From Limisphaerales bacterium (GTDB lineage Bacteria > Verrucomicrobiota > Verrucomicrobiia > Limisphaerales > JAJOIW01), in assembly GCA_965657355.1 (NCBI GenBank), contig CBFHOE010000002.1, positions 1-64,000 of the forward strand: a stretch of 64,000 bases of DNA, given 5' to 3'. The position numbers were made by a program, and so were the translations under genes. The notes beneath the pieces are model-generated. The model made no database searches, was not told the origin of the DNA, and saw only the letters and a list, made by a program, of their open reading frames with translations. Positions 10,099 through 19,717 of the stretch are shown here, one piece after another (position 1 is the first letter of the stretch; the number at the start of each line of letters is the position of its first letter).

Positions 10099-11028
10099 AT
10101 GACTGAGGATAGACCACAACAAACTGGTTTGAAATTGTTTCTAAACTCATTAAGGCGCCGTTATCTGATCGCTTTATTATTTTTTGTAGGCGGTGCTCCA
10201 ATTTTTATCATTGTAGTTTTAATGAAGATAGAATCCGTTTTGGGCAGAGGATTGGATGAGTGGGAGGTTCCATACCAATATACTATTGAATCAGACAGAG
10301 GTTATGAATTGGCAATCTATTCCGATGACTCAAAAGGTAAGAATTATGAATTGGGTATTTTGTTTATACACGGCACACCGGGATCTGCTGATAACTTCAA
10401 GCATCAATTCCATGAATCCTGGCCACACACCGTTCTTGTATCCTACAACCGTCCTGGATTCTGGAACTCGAAGTCTAGAGTTCCAGTCGGTTCTCTAAAA
10501 AAGCAAGCGGATGCTGCCTTCGAAGTTATGGAAGAATTTAATGTCGAAAAATGGATTTTAGTCGGACACTCATATGGCGGACCTATCTCTTTGCAGATGA
10601 TGACCCAGCGCCAAGAAAAAATCTTGGGAAATATTCAAATTGGCGGAGCACTGGACCCAGAATTAGAGAAAATTTATTGGATTCAACGCATTGGCAATTC
10701 CATTTTATTTAATTGGATGATTCCGAATTCTTTGAATTCTTCAAACAAAGAGTTGATACAGCTCAAAAAAGATTTGGAAAAGTTAAGATTCAGCTTTAAA
10801 GAACTCAAATCGCCAATCGTGATGTTACATGGTTCCGACGATCGTCTAGTGCCAGTTTCGAATTGCAAATATATCGAAAAAGAACTTCAAAAAATAAGCC
10901 TAAACCATTTACTGCATTTTGATATCAAAGAGGGTGTGGACCACTTTATCCCCTGGTCTCATCCAAAATTTGTAAAGCACAGCATTGACTTCCTAATTGG
11001 TCTCTCAGAACTGGAATTGGAGCAATAA
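10099..11028 (+). CDS. Membrane-anchored alpha/beta hydrolase
   Basis: TM helix, FIHGTPGS, RPGF, GHSYGG, LHGSDDRLVP, DHFIPW. Confidence 0.88.
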   Translation: MTEDRPQQTGLKLFLNSLRRRYLIALLFFVGGAPIFIIVVLMKIESVLGRGLDEWEVPYQYTIESDRGYELAIYSDDSKGKNYELGILFIHGTPGSADNFKHQFHESWPHTVLVSYNRPGFWNSKSRVPVGSLKKQADAAFEVMEEFNVEKWILVGHSYGGPISLQMMTQRQEKILGNIQIGGALDPELEKIYWIQRIGNSILFNWMIPNSLNSSNKELIQLKKDLEKLRFSFKELKSPIVMLHGSDDRLVPVSNCKYIEKELQKISLNHLLHFDIKEGVDHFIPWSHPKFVKHSIDFLIGLSELELEQ

Positions 11029-11055
11029 AAAAGTGGTGCTATATAATGCACCACT
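11027..11055 (-). terminator. Terminator for the minus-strand DUF1080 transcript
   Basis: AGTGGTGC/GCACCACT stem with a T run on the minus strand, between convergent genes. Confidence 0.7.
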
Positions 11056-11092
11056 CTTAAAATTTTGAATAATTTCAGAGAGAATTGACTTC

Positions 11093-12424
11093 TTAGAGCT
11101 TGCGAATTTTCAGGTTACGATAGTGAACTTCATCACCATGGTCCTGAAGAAGTATATGACCATTATGGCGATAACCGAAGCCATCCACATTCTTGAATTT
11201 ACTCTTCTTAATCGCAGCGAGTGTATCGGGATGGCCCAATTCGTATTCGAGAACTTTCTGTCCATTGAGCCAATGCTGGGCAATAGTACCTTTGATACGA
11301 ATGAGAGAATGATTATATTCGCCGACAGGCTTGATGTTTTTACTTTGAGGTGGAAAAACGTCGTAAAAAGCGGCTGATTTATATTGATTACCTCTTAGAG
11401 CGTCGAGATGTTTTCCGTCGTCAATTATCTGGTATTCGTGACCTATCGCTTTTTTGCGCTCTTCTAATATAAAATATTTCACACCACTGTTAGCACCCGG
11501 GGCGACTTTCCACTCGAACTGGAATTCAAATTCCTCATATCGCTCTTTGGTGATAATATCACCACCGCCTCCCTTGGATAAATGAACTATCGCACCATCT
11601 TTAACAACCCATCCTTTTTCTGGAAGAGCCTCTTTCATGAAGCCTCTAAACTTGTCCATTGAATCGCCGTCAAATAATAATTGCCAGCCCCCATCTTTTT
11701 CGGCAGCAGATAAGTTGTTGTTCTCTGCGCCATCGACATCGTCTAGCGATCTTATACGAATATTACGGTAACTCACCTCTTCGCCGTGATGTTGAATGGC
11801 CACATGCCCTTTGCTGGATTGCATAAATGTTTTTTTCCAGATGGCAAATTTCGAACTATTTATCATGTCGACAATATTTTGACCGCGCCATTTATATTCG
11901 ACGACTTTGTGTCCATTGAGCCAATGCTCAACCTGGCCATCTTTAACTTTCAATTTAGCTTGGTTAAATTCTCCAACAGGCTTTGTGACTTTAGCCTTAT
12001 TTGGAGCAACAAGCGCATATAGTGACCCAGCTGAAGTCTTTGGGTTCTTTCCATCCGGATGCTTGGAATCATCGAGTACCTGCATTTCTGGTCCACTCAT
12101 GTAGGTTGCACTAGGACCTTCGATGACATTGTAGATAATGCCACTATTACCGGCTGGAGTTACTGCCCATTCCAATTCAAGTTCATAATTTTCATAAGTA
12201 TTGGCAGTAATGATATCAATTCGTTTTCCATCGGTCCTGGTAGTCAGTGACCCATTTTGAATTTTCCAACCATCCCATGGGAAATCTTTTTTCATATAGC
12301 CTCTTAATCCCTTGACGCTTTTACCGTCAAAAAGAACTTCCCACTCACCAGCACTGGATGTGGTGCAAGCACTCACTAAAGCCACAAGTGCAAGAACTGA
12401 TTTAATATATTTTTTCATAAGCAA
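11093..12424 (-). CDS. Exported protein with two DUF1080 (3-keto-disaccharide hydrolase-like) domains, probable lipoprotein
   Basis: Two repeats of LFDG...NSG(I/V).Y...E.Q..DD..H.D...HWLNG..V.EY...Q.HG.EV.YRN(I/L).IR; signal ending LVSAC. Confidence 0.9.
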   Translation of the reverse strand: MLMKKYIKSVLALVALVSACTTSSAGEWEVLFDGKSVKGLRGYMKKDFPWDGWKIQNGSLTTRTDGKRIDIITANTYENYELELEWAVTPAGNSGIIYNVIEGPSATYMSGPEMQVLDDSKHPDGKNPKTSAGSLYALVAPNKAKVTKPVGEFNQAKLKVKDGQVEHWLNGHKVVEYKWRGQNIVDMINSSKFAIWKKTFMQSSKGHVAIQHHGEEVSYRNIRIRSLDDVDGAENNNLSAAEKDGGWQLLFDGDSMDKFRGFMKEALPEKGWVVKDGAIVHLSKGGGGDIITKERYEEFEFQFEWKVAPGANSGVKYFILEERKKAIGHEYQIIDDGKHLDALRGNQYKSAAFYDVFPPQSKNIKPVGEYNHSLIRIKGTIAQHWLNGQKVLEYELGHPDTLAAIKKSKFKNVDGFGYRHNGHILLQDHGDEVHYRNLKIRKL

Positions 12425-12525
12425 TTAATAAGACAAATTGGCGTCACAACGCCGGTAAAGTTTGTTAAAAATGGAATAGTTTTATGTAAGTAGATCAGGC
12501 CTCCAGGGTCAAGAGGATTGCAAAT

Positions 12526-14616
12526 TTATTCAAACTCATCTGCTACTGAATCAGCACTTTTGCTTTCGGCCACTGGAGCCGGCATATCATTCCCCATGAG
12601 CACGTAGTGCCAGATTGCATCAACTTGTTTATTCGCATCACCGTTAAAATATTTCTCCAAAGGGCTTTTACCTTTATCAAAATACACGGGCATTTTGCTA
12701 CTTCTGTCGACTTTCAGAGGGTGTAACAACCACCTTGTAAAATACTCTTCCTGCAGACGCTCTCCAGAGTATGCCAAATTGATTCCCGGAGCCTCGAAAA
12801 CTGCTGTGGCTTTTGTATCGCCAACACTGTGGCATGTGATACAAGCAAATCCTCCGGCTGCTGAAACGAGATTTTTACCTATCTCAGCTTTATCTGGTTC
12901 TATAATTGGCTTGTTTGACCCGTCGGGAGAGAAGCCATTGAAGACGGCCATGCCTGAAGCTAAATCGTCGGCATAAAATTCAAACCCAGGCATTCTTGCC
13001 TCAAGCCATGGGCGTGTGTGGTATCCAGTTTTACCAGCAATAAATTTTTTAGCCCATGTCGGGTTGAGTTTTCCTTGCATTAAAGCTAAAGAAGGAAATC
13101 CCTCGTAAGTTCCGTGGCAATGAGCACACTGGAGGTTTTCCAGTGTTAGGTCGATCTGTGAATAAGGGCTATTTCCTCCGAGGTAATCAGATTCGGATTG
13201 AAGAAATGCTATGATAGATTCTCTTTGTTGCTCATTGAGCTGATAGTGGACTGCAGTTTTATTTTCAGGGGCCTGTGTATCTATACAATGAGAATCATAA
13301 GAGGCTAATTTCTTTAAATCCATAAAGCTTGGGCTACTCAAGTTGTTATCAGCAGGACCAGTATGACATGATATACATCCTGCTTGGCTCACAATGCCTC
13401 TCCCCTTCTCTACCAAATTATTAGAAATATTTATTTCCGAATCATTGATGCCTTCATGATTAGACCGAAGAAAAGCCGTTAAATTATTAGCTTCAGTGTC
13501 GGTAAGTCTAAATTCTGGCATCCTGATGGATTTGTAATGTTTTGATGGCTGAAGAAGAAATTGCTTGAGTGCTCCTTTGGCAAATTTCGCATTCACATGG
13601 CTTAAGCTAAATCTTTCATTATCAGGATCTATATAAATATCATCACCGCCAGGCTTTTCGTGACAGGCACTGCAAAGCAGCTTATCAAACAGTTGCCCGC
13701 CAACATCCGGTTCCCCGCTGATTTCAGGGATTTCTGATTTAGAAAGACCAGTATCCTTTAGGCTGCCCAAGTATGCAGCAACTGCTTTTATATCAGAATC
13801 CTGGCCCACTCCATGAAACATTTTTGGCATCCGAGCATTAGCACGAATAGCTTTTGGGTCTTTCAGCCAAGAAATAAACCAAGAAACATTTCTGCGGGAG
13901 CCTATTCCGGTAAATTCAGGTGCATCCAATTCATTATTGAAATTCACATATTTACCATTTTCATCAGAGTGGCACTTAAAGCATCTTAGCTGTTCAAATT
14001 GGCTCCTTCCTGAATTAATTAGCATTTGCTGTTTAACAGAAGAGCGAACCTCAGAAGCAGCATTGAAGCCAATAGTCCTGTAAGCAAAAGGGGCCAACGG
14101 GGTTTCAATGTCACCCCACGATAACCTGACATAAGAATCTGACACCGATGAGTCACCTTCCAAGATCAGTTTGAAGTCAACATACCCTTTGTTTAACGGA
14201 ATCAATGGGGTTTTTTCTGGTTCTCCAGCCGGCCCAATTTCAAGCAATTTCTTTTCGTCGAAAAAGAATTGGGTTGAATTAACACCACTCAATGAAAAGA
14301 AATAATCACCACGAATCGGCACTCGAACAACGCCAGAGATAGTCGCTTTAAATGGGCCTGGCTTCATGGTCGGGTGAGGGCTGGTTCCCTTTGGAATAAA
14401 AATATTAGGCCCCGATAAAATAGAATGAGCAATTTTATTGGTTTGTTTCAAAGACTCCACAGTCATGAGAAGCCCCCTATTTCTGGGCCGGGATGCCCCA
14501 AAAGCGTCGAATGATAATACCAATAAAACTGAAAGAGGTACTATCAATTGAAAAACCCTTTGGAAGGTATTTAACCCAAGAACCGACTCATGTTTGTTTA
14601 ATTTTGTCATTTTCAA
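12526..14616 (-). CDS. Exported multi-haem (5x CxxCH) cytochrome c with an N-terminal beta-sandwich (PA14-like) region
   Basis: CFKCH, CSACH, CISCH, CAHCH, CITCH; repeated RMP/KMP axial-Met motifs; signal peptide. Start is TTG 14616 or ATG 14610. Confidence 0.85.
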   Translation of the reverse strand: MKMTKLNKHESVLGLNTFQRVFQLIVPLSVLLVLSFDAFGASRPRNRGLLMTVESLKQTNKIAHSILSGPNIFIPKGTSPHPTMKPGPFKATISGVVRVPIRGDYFFSLSGVNSTQFFFDEKKLLEIGPAGEPEKTPLIPLNKGYVDFKLILEGDSSVSDSYVRLSWGDIETPLAPFAYRTIGFNAASEVRSSVKQQMLINSGRSQFEQLRCFKCHSDENGKYVNFNNELDAPEFTGIGSRRNVSWFISWLKDPKAIRANARMPKMFHGVGQDSDIKAVAAYLGSLKDTGLSKSEIPEISGEPDVGGQLFDKLLCSACHEKPGGDDIYIDPDNERFSLSHVNAKFAKGALKQFLLQPSKHYKSIRMPEFRLTDTEANNLTAFLRSNHEGINDSEINISNNLVEKGRGIVSQAGCISCHTGPADNNLSSPSFMDLKKLASYDSHCIDTQAPENKTAVHYQLNEQQRESIIAFLQSESDYLGGNSPYSQIDLTLENLQCAHCHGTYEGFPSLALMQGKLNPTWAKKFIAGKTGYHTRPWLEARMPGFEFYADDLASGMAVFNGFSPDGSNKPIIEPDKAEIGKNLVSAAGGFACITCHSVGDTKATAVFEAPGINLAYSGERLQEEYFTRWLLHPLKVDRSSKMPVYFDKGKSPLEKYFNGDANKQVDAIWHYVLMGNDMPAPVAESKSADSVADEFE

Positions 14617-14651
14617 AAAAAATTCCTACCCACGTATATGACGGGTAGGAA
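14615..14651 (-). terminator. Intrinsic terminator directly upstream of the multi-haem cytochrome start codon
   Basis: Minus strand TTCCTACCC-N11-GGGTAGGAA followed by T8. Confidence 0.8.
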
Positions 14652-14713
14652 CGCCTAAATTATTCAATTTAACTAACGTAGGTTTAAGGCACCCTACTCA
14701 CTAAGGTATGATT

Positions 14714-14741
14714 ATTATAACCGCAGCCTAGTTTATCTCAA
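14714..14741 (-). promoter_or_regulatory. Putative sigma70-type promoter TTGAGA-N16-TATAAT
   Basis: Perfect -10 at 14719-14714; 5/6 -35 at 14741-14736, overlapping the upstream stop codon. Confidence 0.55.
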
Positions 14742-17098
14742 TTCTCTATTTTATGGATGGTATGTAAGATTTTTTGTTCAAGCTTGCTTCCATCAGCTGC
14801 GCTCAAGTTGAATTGGATGAAGAATTGGTCGACAGGCTCGAGTTCTTCTATCTTCAACGTGATAGTTTTGTTGTCGTTTGAAATCGAAATGGAATCGATA
14901 TCGACATCATCTACACCCTCCTCATCATCAAAATAGACAGAGTATTCTTTAGATCCATACTGTGAGCTTCTTTTGTAATTCCATTGTTGAGCTAAAAAGT
15001 TGTTAATATCTGTCGCCGACTCTGGGTTGAGAGGGACACTAAATGTCAAGTGAATCCCATCTTTATCGACAGTGAGTCCTCTAACACTTTTGACTTGTCT
15101 GCCTGTGTATCTGACCCTGTCAAATCCAGATAGGTTTGCGGCTTTAGTCTGCCAGCCTCGAAGACCGGCAACGTAGAGTTGGCCGTCTCCACCATTGAAT
15201 CTGGCTCTCATCGCTGATGACGCAAACTGGACAGGAATGCGAACAACACCTCCTTGCATCTGATCACCAACTTGCTCTTTCATGACTAAATACATGGCGC
15301 ACTCACCATACGACATGTGAAGCAACTCATTTTGGTATGGGCCCCACCGGTCACTTGTGACCCATATTTGCGAGCCTCCAGAGTTATCAAATTGGCGTCC
15401 TTTGGATAACCAACAGAGAGGTTTGGAAAATGTTGGGATAGGGTCTTTGTGGGCAAGTGTTTCGACCCCGTGGAAAGTACCATCACCAACCCAGTGGATG
15501 GGACAGGCCGGCATCCATGTTCCTTCGTTATCTCCTGCCGTGACCTGACCGTCTGGTCCTACACCAATTCCATTCGGGGCACGAAACCCTGTTGCGTATA
15601 CATCTAATTTTTTGCCGTTTGGAGACACTTTCAAAATGGTTCCAGCGTGAGCTGTTACATGCCCAAATTTACCATTTTCACCGGGCTTACTTCCAAAGCC
15701 TCGACCGCCGCCGCGCACTGGTCCTGCTTTGGCATAATAAAAATTACCCTCTTTGTCCGTGTGCAAATCAAAAACAAACTCATGAAATCCTACTGAGCTT
15801 GTTAAATCACTGTTAAAGTTCTCGTAGAAGTCTACGCATCCATCATTGTCGTAGTCGTGAATCTTGAGAATACCAACACGGGATGAGACATAAATTTCAT
15901 CATCGACAATTTTCAATCCCAGAGATTCAAATAAACCGGCTCCAAATCTTTTCCAAACAACTTCGTTGAGATCGTTGTCAATTCCGGAGCAGAGCCACAG
16001 ATCACCATCCCAAGTACTGAATGCCGCTTTTGTTGTATCATTGAAAAAGTCGAATCCACCGAGTCTAACTCTTCTGTTCCACTTGTTATTTAAAGGAACT
16101 GGGATGCGGTCGACTGTGTAGGCTCCGTCAGGTGTTGAATTATGATTCAATTGACCGGTAACTTCTATTTGCTCAGGCCAGTGGTCTTTGCCCATTTCTG
16201 TAAGATCGAGAAGCTCAGGCTGGTGATCGAAAAAGGCCCTGAATTGACCTGCATCAGACGAGGATCCTTTCCAATAGATAATGGAAAATGGTTTTCTGCC
16301 GAATGTCCCTTTCTCCAAGTGAAGCATTACATGGTCACCTTTTGCGACCAAAGATAGTCCTTTCCGAGCTCCAACTAGCCCGATCATAGTTACCTGATCG
16401 TCGCCTGATGAGATCTTCGCTGCTCTTTTGTTGATGACAGCAGCTTTCCCGTCATCAACTTGTGCTAAGATTTGACGAAAGGGCAAACTGATGTTTCTCC
16501 CTTTTTCGGGCTTGATAGAAAGAGTCCTCACAAGGGCCAATTGGCCATTTTTGGATAGGCTTGATGGTTGTTCCAATACACCATGATCTCCCACTGTGTA
16601 TTCCAGAATGACTTTATCTCCTCTGACATGCACTCCCTTCCAATGCGCGACGCTCTTATCCATCGGACCGAAGGGCTCTGGCCTGGTGTCGTTAAAGCTC
16701 CCAAAATCGTCTGCCCAACCGGGTTTCGCGGGGGTCCCAAAAACAACTGCACCGTCAGAAAGAGGGTTGTTGCCATGTTTGCCGTTAAAAGTCACACCAT
16801 CCTCAGTAATGAATCCACCAGTCCAACCACCGGCGACTCTGACTAGGTCGATATCGAAAAGAATTGTGGATTCGTTGCCGACATCAATCGCAATGCCTTT
16901 GTTAGCGGTATTGCCAGCAGGTTCGCTAACAGTCACGGCTGCCATCTGAAACGGGAAATCCCGCTGTATTGTTTCGTACTGTTTCTGCGCTGATGCTTGC
17001 CCGATAACTAAAAAACCGGCAAATAACGCCAAACTTGTTTTGATCATCAATTTGTTCATGTATCCAGATAAACCACGGGCACCTTTTGGTGGTGCCAT
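14738..17098 (-). CDS. Exported DUF6797-like protein with a glucose/sorbosone-dehydrogenase-like beta-propeller
   Basis: Signal peptide; N-terminal 'KGIAI....ILFDIDLVRVAGGWTGGF'; propeller motifs GLFESLGL, YATGFRAPNGIG, DNEGTWMP, ARFNGGDGQLYVAGLRGWQT. Confidence 0.7.
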   Translation of the reverse strand: MAPPKGARGLSGYMNKLMIKTSLALFAGFLVIGQASAQKQYETIQRDFPFQMAAVTVSEPAGNTANKGIAIDVGNESTILFDIDLVRVAGGWTGGFITEDGVTFNGKHGNNPLSDGAVVFGTPAKPGWADDFGSFNDTRPEPFGPMDKSVAHWKGVHVRGDKVILEYTVGDHGVLEQPSSLSKNGQLALVRTLSIKPEKGRNISLPFRQILAQVDDGKAAVINKRAAKISSGDDQVTMIGLVGARKGLSLVAKGDHVMLHLEKGTFGRKPFSIIYWKGSSSDAGQFRAFFDHQPELLDLTEMGKDHWPEQIEVTGQLNHNSTPDGAYTVDRIPVPLNNKWNRRVRLGGFDFFNDTTKAAFSTWDGDLWLCSGIDNDLNEVVWKRFGAGLFESLGLKIVDDEIYVSSRVGILKIHDYDNDGCVDFYENFNSDLTSSVGFHEFVFDLHTDKEGNFYYAKAGPVRGGGRGFGSKPGENGKFGHVTAHAGTILKVSPNGKKLDVYATGFRAPNGIGVGPDGQVTAGDNEGTWMPACPIHWVGDGTFHGVETLAHKDPIPTFSKPLCWLSKGRQFDNSGGSQIWVTSDRWGPYQNELLHMSYGECAMYLVMKEQVGDQMQGGVVRIPVQFASSAMRARFNGGDGQLYVAGLRGWQTKAANLSGFDRVRYTGRQVKSVRGLTVDKDGIHLTFSVPLNPESATDINNFLAQQWNYKRSSQYGSKEYSVYFDDEEGVDDVDIDSISISNDNKTITLKIEELEPVDQFFIQFNLSAADGSKLEQKILHTIHKIEN

Positions 17099-17175
17099 TT
17101 GTCCTCGTTAAGAATATTTATCATTTGCTTATGAGTCAAATGTCAACATTCGGGAATTTGATTTAAAAGTGTGTT

Positions 17176-18531
17176 TCACGCCGGATTATCGGGTTTCACC
17201 CTGTAATGATGAGTGAGCAAACCAGAAAAAAAGAATGCAACACAGCTAATTGCAGGTATGTAGAGTGTCCACTCCAGTAAACTTTGCAAAGCCCATCCGA
17301 GAAATCCGATCCAAATGCAAAAATAAAGCATCCAGTATTTGGATTTTGATCGCTTAAGTTTAGGAAAATTTTTAAATCCGGTAAAAATCGCCAAGCAAAT
17401 GATGACCGAGTACGAAATGAAAGCAATGGATCCCGCATCACTTGCTTGTTGAAGGTAGTCATTGTGGGCAAGTCTGGCCATCTCATCGTCGGGCCGTTTT
17501 AAATTTTGGTAGGCTCTAAAAAAAGTCCCTGGTCCACTTCCCGTTAAAGGGTTGGCGATGTAATTAATTTTGGCAGCTCTCCAATACCCGAACCTTCCTT
17601 GCGTCAGGCTTTTGGCGCCCTCTTCAAAATATGATGAGAATTGAATAAAAAAAACAATGAGCCCCAGAAATACAGCTCCGACCCCTAGTCCGATTCTTAA
17701 ATTCTTTTTTAACGGGGTTGCAAAAAGAAATGTTAATAATATTTGAAACAGAGCAACGAGAAATGCAGTTTTAGATCCCGTCCACCAGAGACAGCATAGC
17801 CCAGCAAAAAGAATGATTGCTGAAGCAAGTAAATGTATTTTTTTATTTACAAACTCTTTAACTAGCAAAGATCCAAAAACAGCTACGACTGGCAAAATCA
17901 ATACGATTAGCGCAGCAAATGAATTCGGATAGGTTAATGTTGCAAAAATCCTGTCTCTGGCTATCCGGTATAAAAACTCAGGAGGGTATTTTGACTCCCA
18001 ACCCGTTTCGGAATAAATCATTTGCCTTGTCTCCTCCAGGCCACCAAATTTCTGACCAAAACCACTCCAAATAACATATAAAAATCCGACAAAAATCGGT
18101 GAGAGAAAATAGGTTACCCTAGCATTATTTACATCAACACTGCACCCCGCGTACCAAGCAATTGAAATGACGCAAAAGTTGATCATGACCTTCTTGGTTA
18201 GTGCAACGTCAATAGTGTCAATGCACGAAAACCCGTTCCAGCAAAGCCATGTAATGCAGGGCAGTAAAAACCATGAACGATCAACAGAGATAAAACTTCT
18301 GTTGGTGTATAGGAATAGACAAAGAAGGGGACAATAAAGAAGGTATCCCCAACTTAATGGCCAAGACGTGAATATTAACTCAAAAATTCCATCTGGAGTG
18401 TAGGCCATTTCTGCAAGGTTTGAAGGCGTTGCGAACTTGAGAAAGCCTAGTCCCATGGTTAACCCTAGCACAAGTGATAGAAAATCTTTTCTTGATCTTG
18501 GATTCCATGATGCTGGAATAAAATTAGACAC
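17176..18531 (-). CDS. O-antigen ligase (Wzy_C/WaaL) family membrane protein
   Basis: About 10-12 TM helices, RIFATLTYPNSFA, TGSKTA, R..YW, PLTGSGPGTF, AHNDYLQ. Confidence 0.85.
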   Translation of the reverse strand: MSNFIPASWNPRSRKDFLSLVLGLTMGLGFLKFATPSNLAEMAYTPDGIFELIFTSWPLSWGYLLYCPLLCLFLYTNRSFISVDRSWFLLPCITWLCWNGFSCIDTIDVALTKKVMINFCVISIAWYAGCSVDVNNARVTYFLSPIFVGFLYVIWSGFGQKFGGLEETRQMIYSETGWESKYPPEFLYRIARDRIFATLTYPNSFAALIVLILPVVAVFGSLLVKEFVNKKIHLLASAIILFAGLCCLWWTGSKTAFLVALFQILLTFLFATPLKKNLRIGLGVGAVFLGLIVFFIQFSSYFEEGAKSLTQGRFGYWRAAKINYIANPLTGSGPGTFFRAYQNLKRPDDEMARLAHNDYLQQASDAGSIAFISYSVIICLAIFTGFKNFPKLKRSKSKYWMLYFCIWIGFLGWALQSLLEWTLYIPAISCVAFFFSGLLTHHYRVKPDNPA

Positions 18532-19588
18532 GACCGTAATCCCCCAAATGCAAGCTCAAGAAACAAACTTCGATAGCCAATGACTCCTGCACATTAGTAT
18601 GAAGCTGTTTTTGTAAGGACTCAATAGTCAGTATATTTTTGTGAGATTCCTCCGAGGTTAATTTGGAGGCAAGCTTCGTGCTAAATTCCGATAGGTCTGG
18701 ATAAGCGAGTGACAATTGGCTTAATTCATTTTGGATTAGCCAGATATCTCGAAAAAACCACTCAAAAGAGAGAAATAATTGTGACCTTTGCAATCGGTAT
18801 TCTGCCTCAATCATTGCTTTTAGCTCTGCTTCGAAATTCTCTCTCGCCTTCAAATCCTCAGATTGGGCGGCCGTGTTAGATATTCTTTGGTCTATCTCCC
18901 CTTTAACACTATTAGTTAGCTCGGCAAGGGTTTGAACGACCGAGCCAATCAATTTATATTTCCATAGTGTCTCGGGTATTTTCTGATTTCCTCCAGCTAG
19001 CGTTCCAGCAAAATCAACAACGGAATTTTTGATTAAATCAGGGAAATCTATTTTTCCACTCCCCGGAAAATGCAGTTTGAGGCAGCGTGACGAAATCGTA
19101 TCCAGCAGCCTATCAGGCTCAGTAGTCAGCAAAAGAAATAAGGTTTTTGGGGTTGGCTCCTCTAATGTTTTTAAAAAAGCATTAGAGGCCTGATCATTCA
19201 TCCGGTCGATCCCACTTATCAAGCCAATCTTATACCCACCGTAAAAAGACTTGGACTGGAGTTTCTTTATCAGGTTTTGGGTTGGCTCCATCCGAATCTG
19301 GCGAAGCTTCGATTCAGGGCGCAATATGTGAAAATCAGGATGAGTTCCCGCAAAAACGCTAAGGCAGGCTTTGCATTGGCCACAGCAATCTGCATTTCGA
19401 CCATCCCGAACAGCTTCGATGCCATTTTCAGGGCATAACATCGTCGCGGCTAAAGCGTGGGCGAACTCATTTAAAAAGCTGATTTTTTCACCAGTAAAAA
19501 GGTATGCATGCCCCAACCTGCCCAGGCTGAGGCTTCGCTGCAATAAACCAACGGACTGGTTCTGGCTATTAAAGTCAGACAGTGGCAT
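18524..19588 (-). CDS. holB: DNA polymerase III subunit delta'
   Basis: GRLGHAYLFTG, Zn motif CCGQCKAC, HPDFH, ASNAFLKTLEEP, LLDTISSRC. Confidence 0.92.
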   Translation of the reverse strand: MPLSDFNSQNQSVGLLQRSLSLGRLGHAYLFTGEKISFLNEFAHALAATMLCPENGIEAVRDGRNADCCGQCKACLSVFAGTHPDFHILRPESKLRQIRMEPTQNLIKKLQSKSFYGGYKIGLISGIDRMNDQASNAFLKTLEEPTPKTLFLLLTTEPDRLLDTISSRCLKLHFPGSGKIDFPDLIKNSVVDFAGTLAGGNQKIPETLWKYKLIGSVVQTLAELTNSVKGEIDQRISNTAAQSEDLKARENFEAELKAMIEAEYRLQRSQLFLSFEWFFRDIWLIQNELSQLSLAYPDLSEFSTKLASKLTSEESHKNILTIESLQKQLHTNVQESLAIEVCFLSLHLGDYGRV

Positions 19589-19717
19589 ACGATAAGTTTT
19601 AAGGATATCTCAATTGTTGTGAAGAAAATACATGAGATTCGCTTTGATTAATGGATCAAAACAATCCGACTTTCCATATCCGTCTTTATTCAATAATATT
19701 AGAAACAATCTCAATTT

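Noticed and set aside
18524..19588. Degenerate Walker A in holB as a pseudogene sign
   Set aside because: Delta-prime is normally a non-ATPase clamp-loader subunit, and the ORF is intact.
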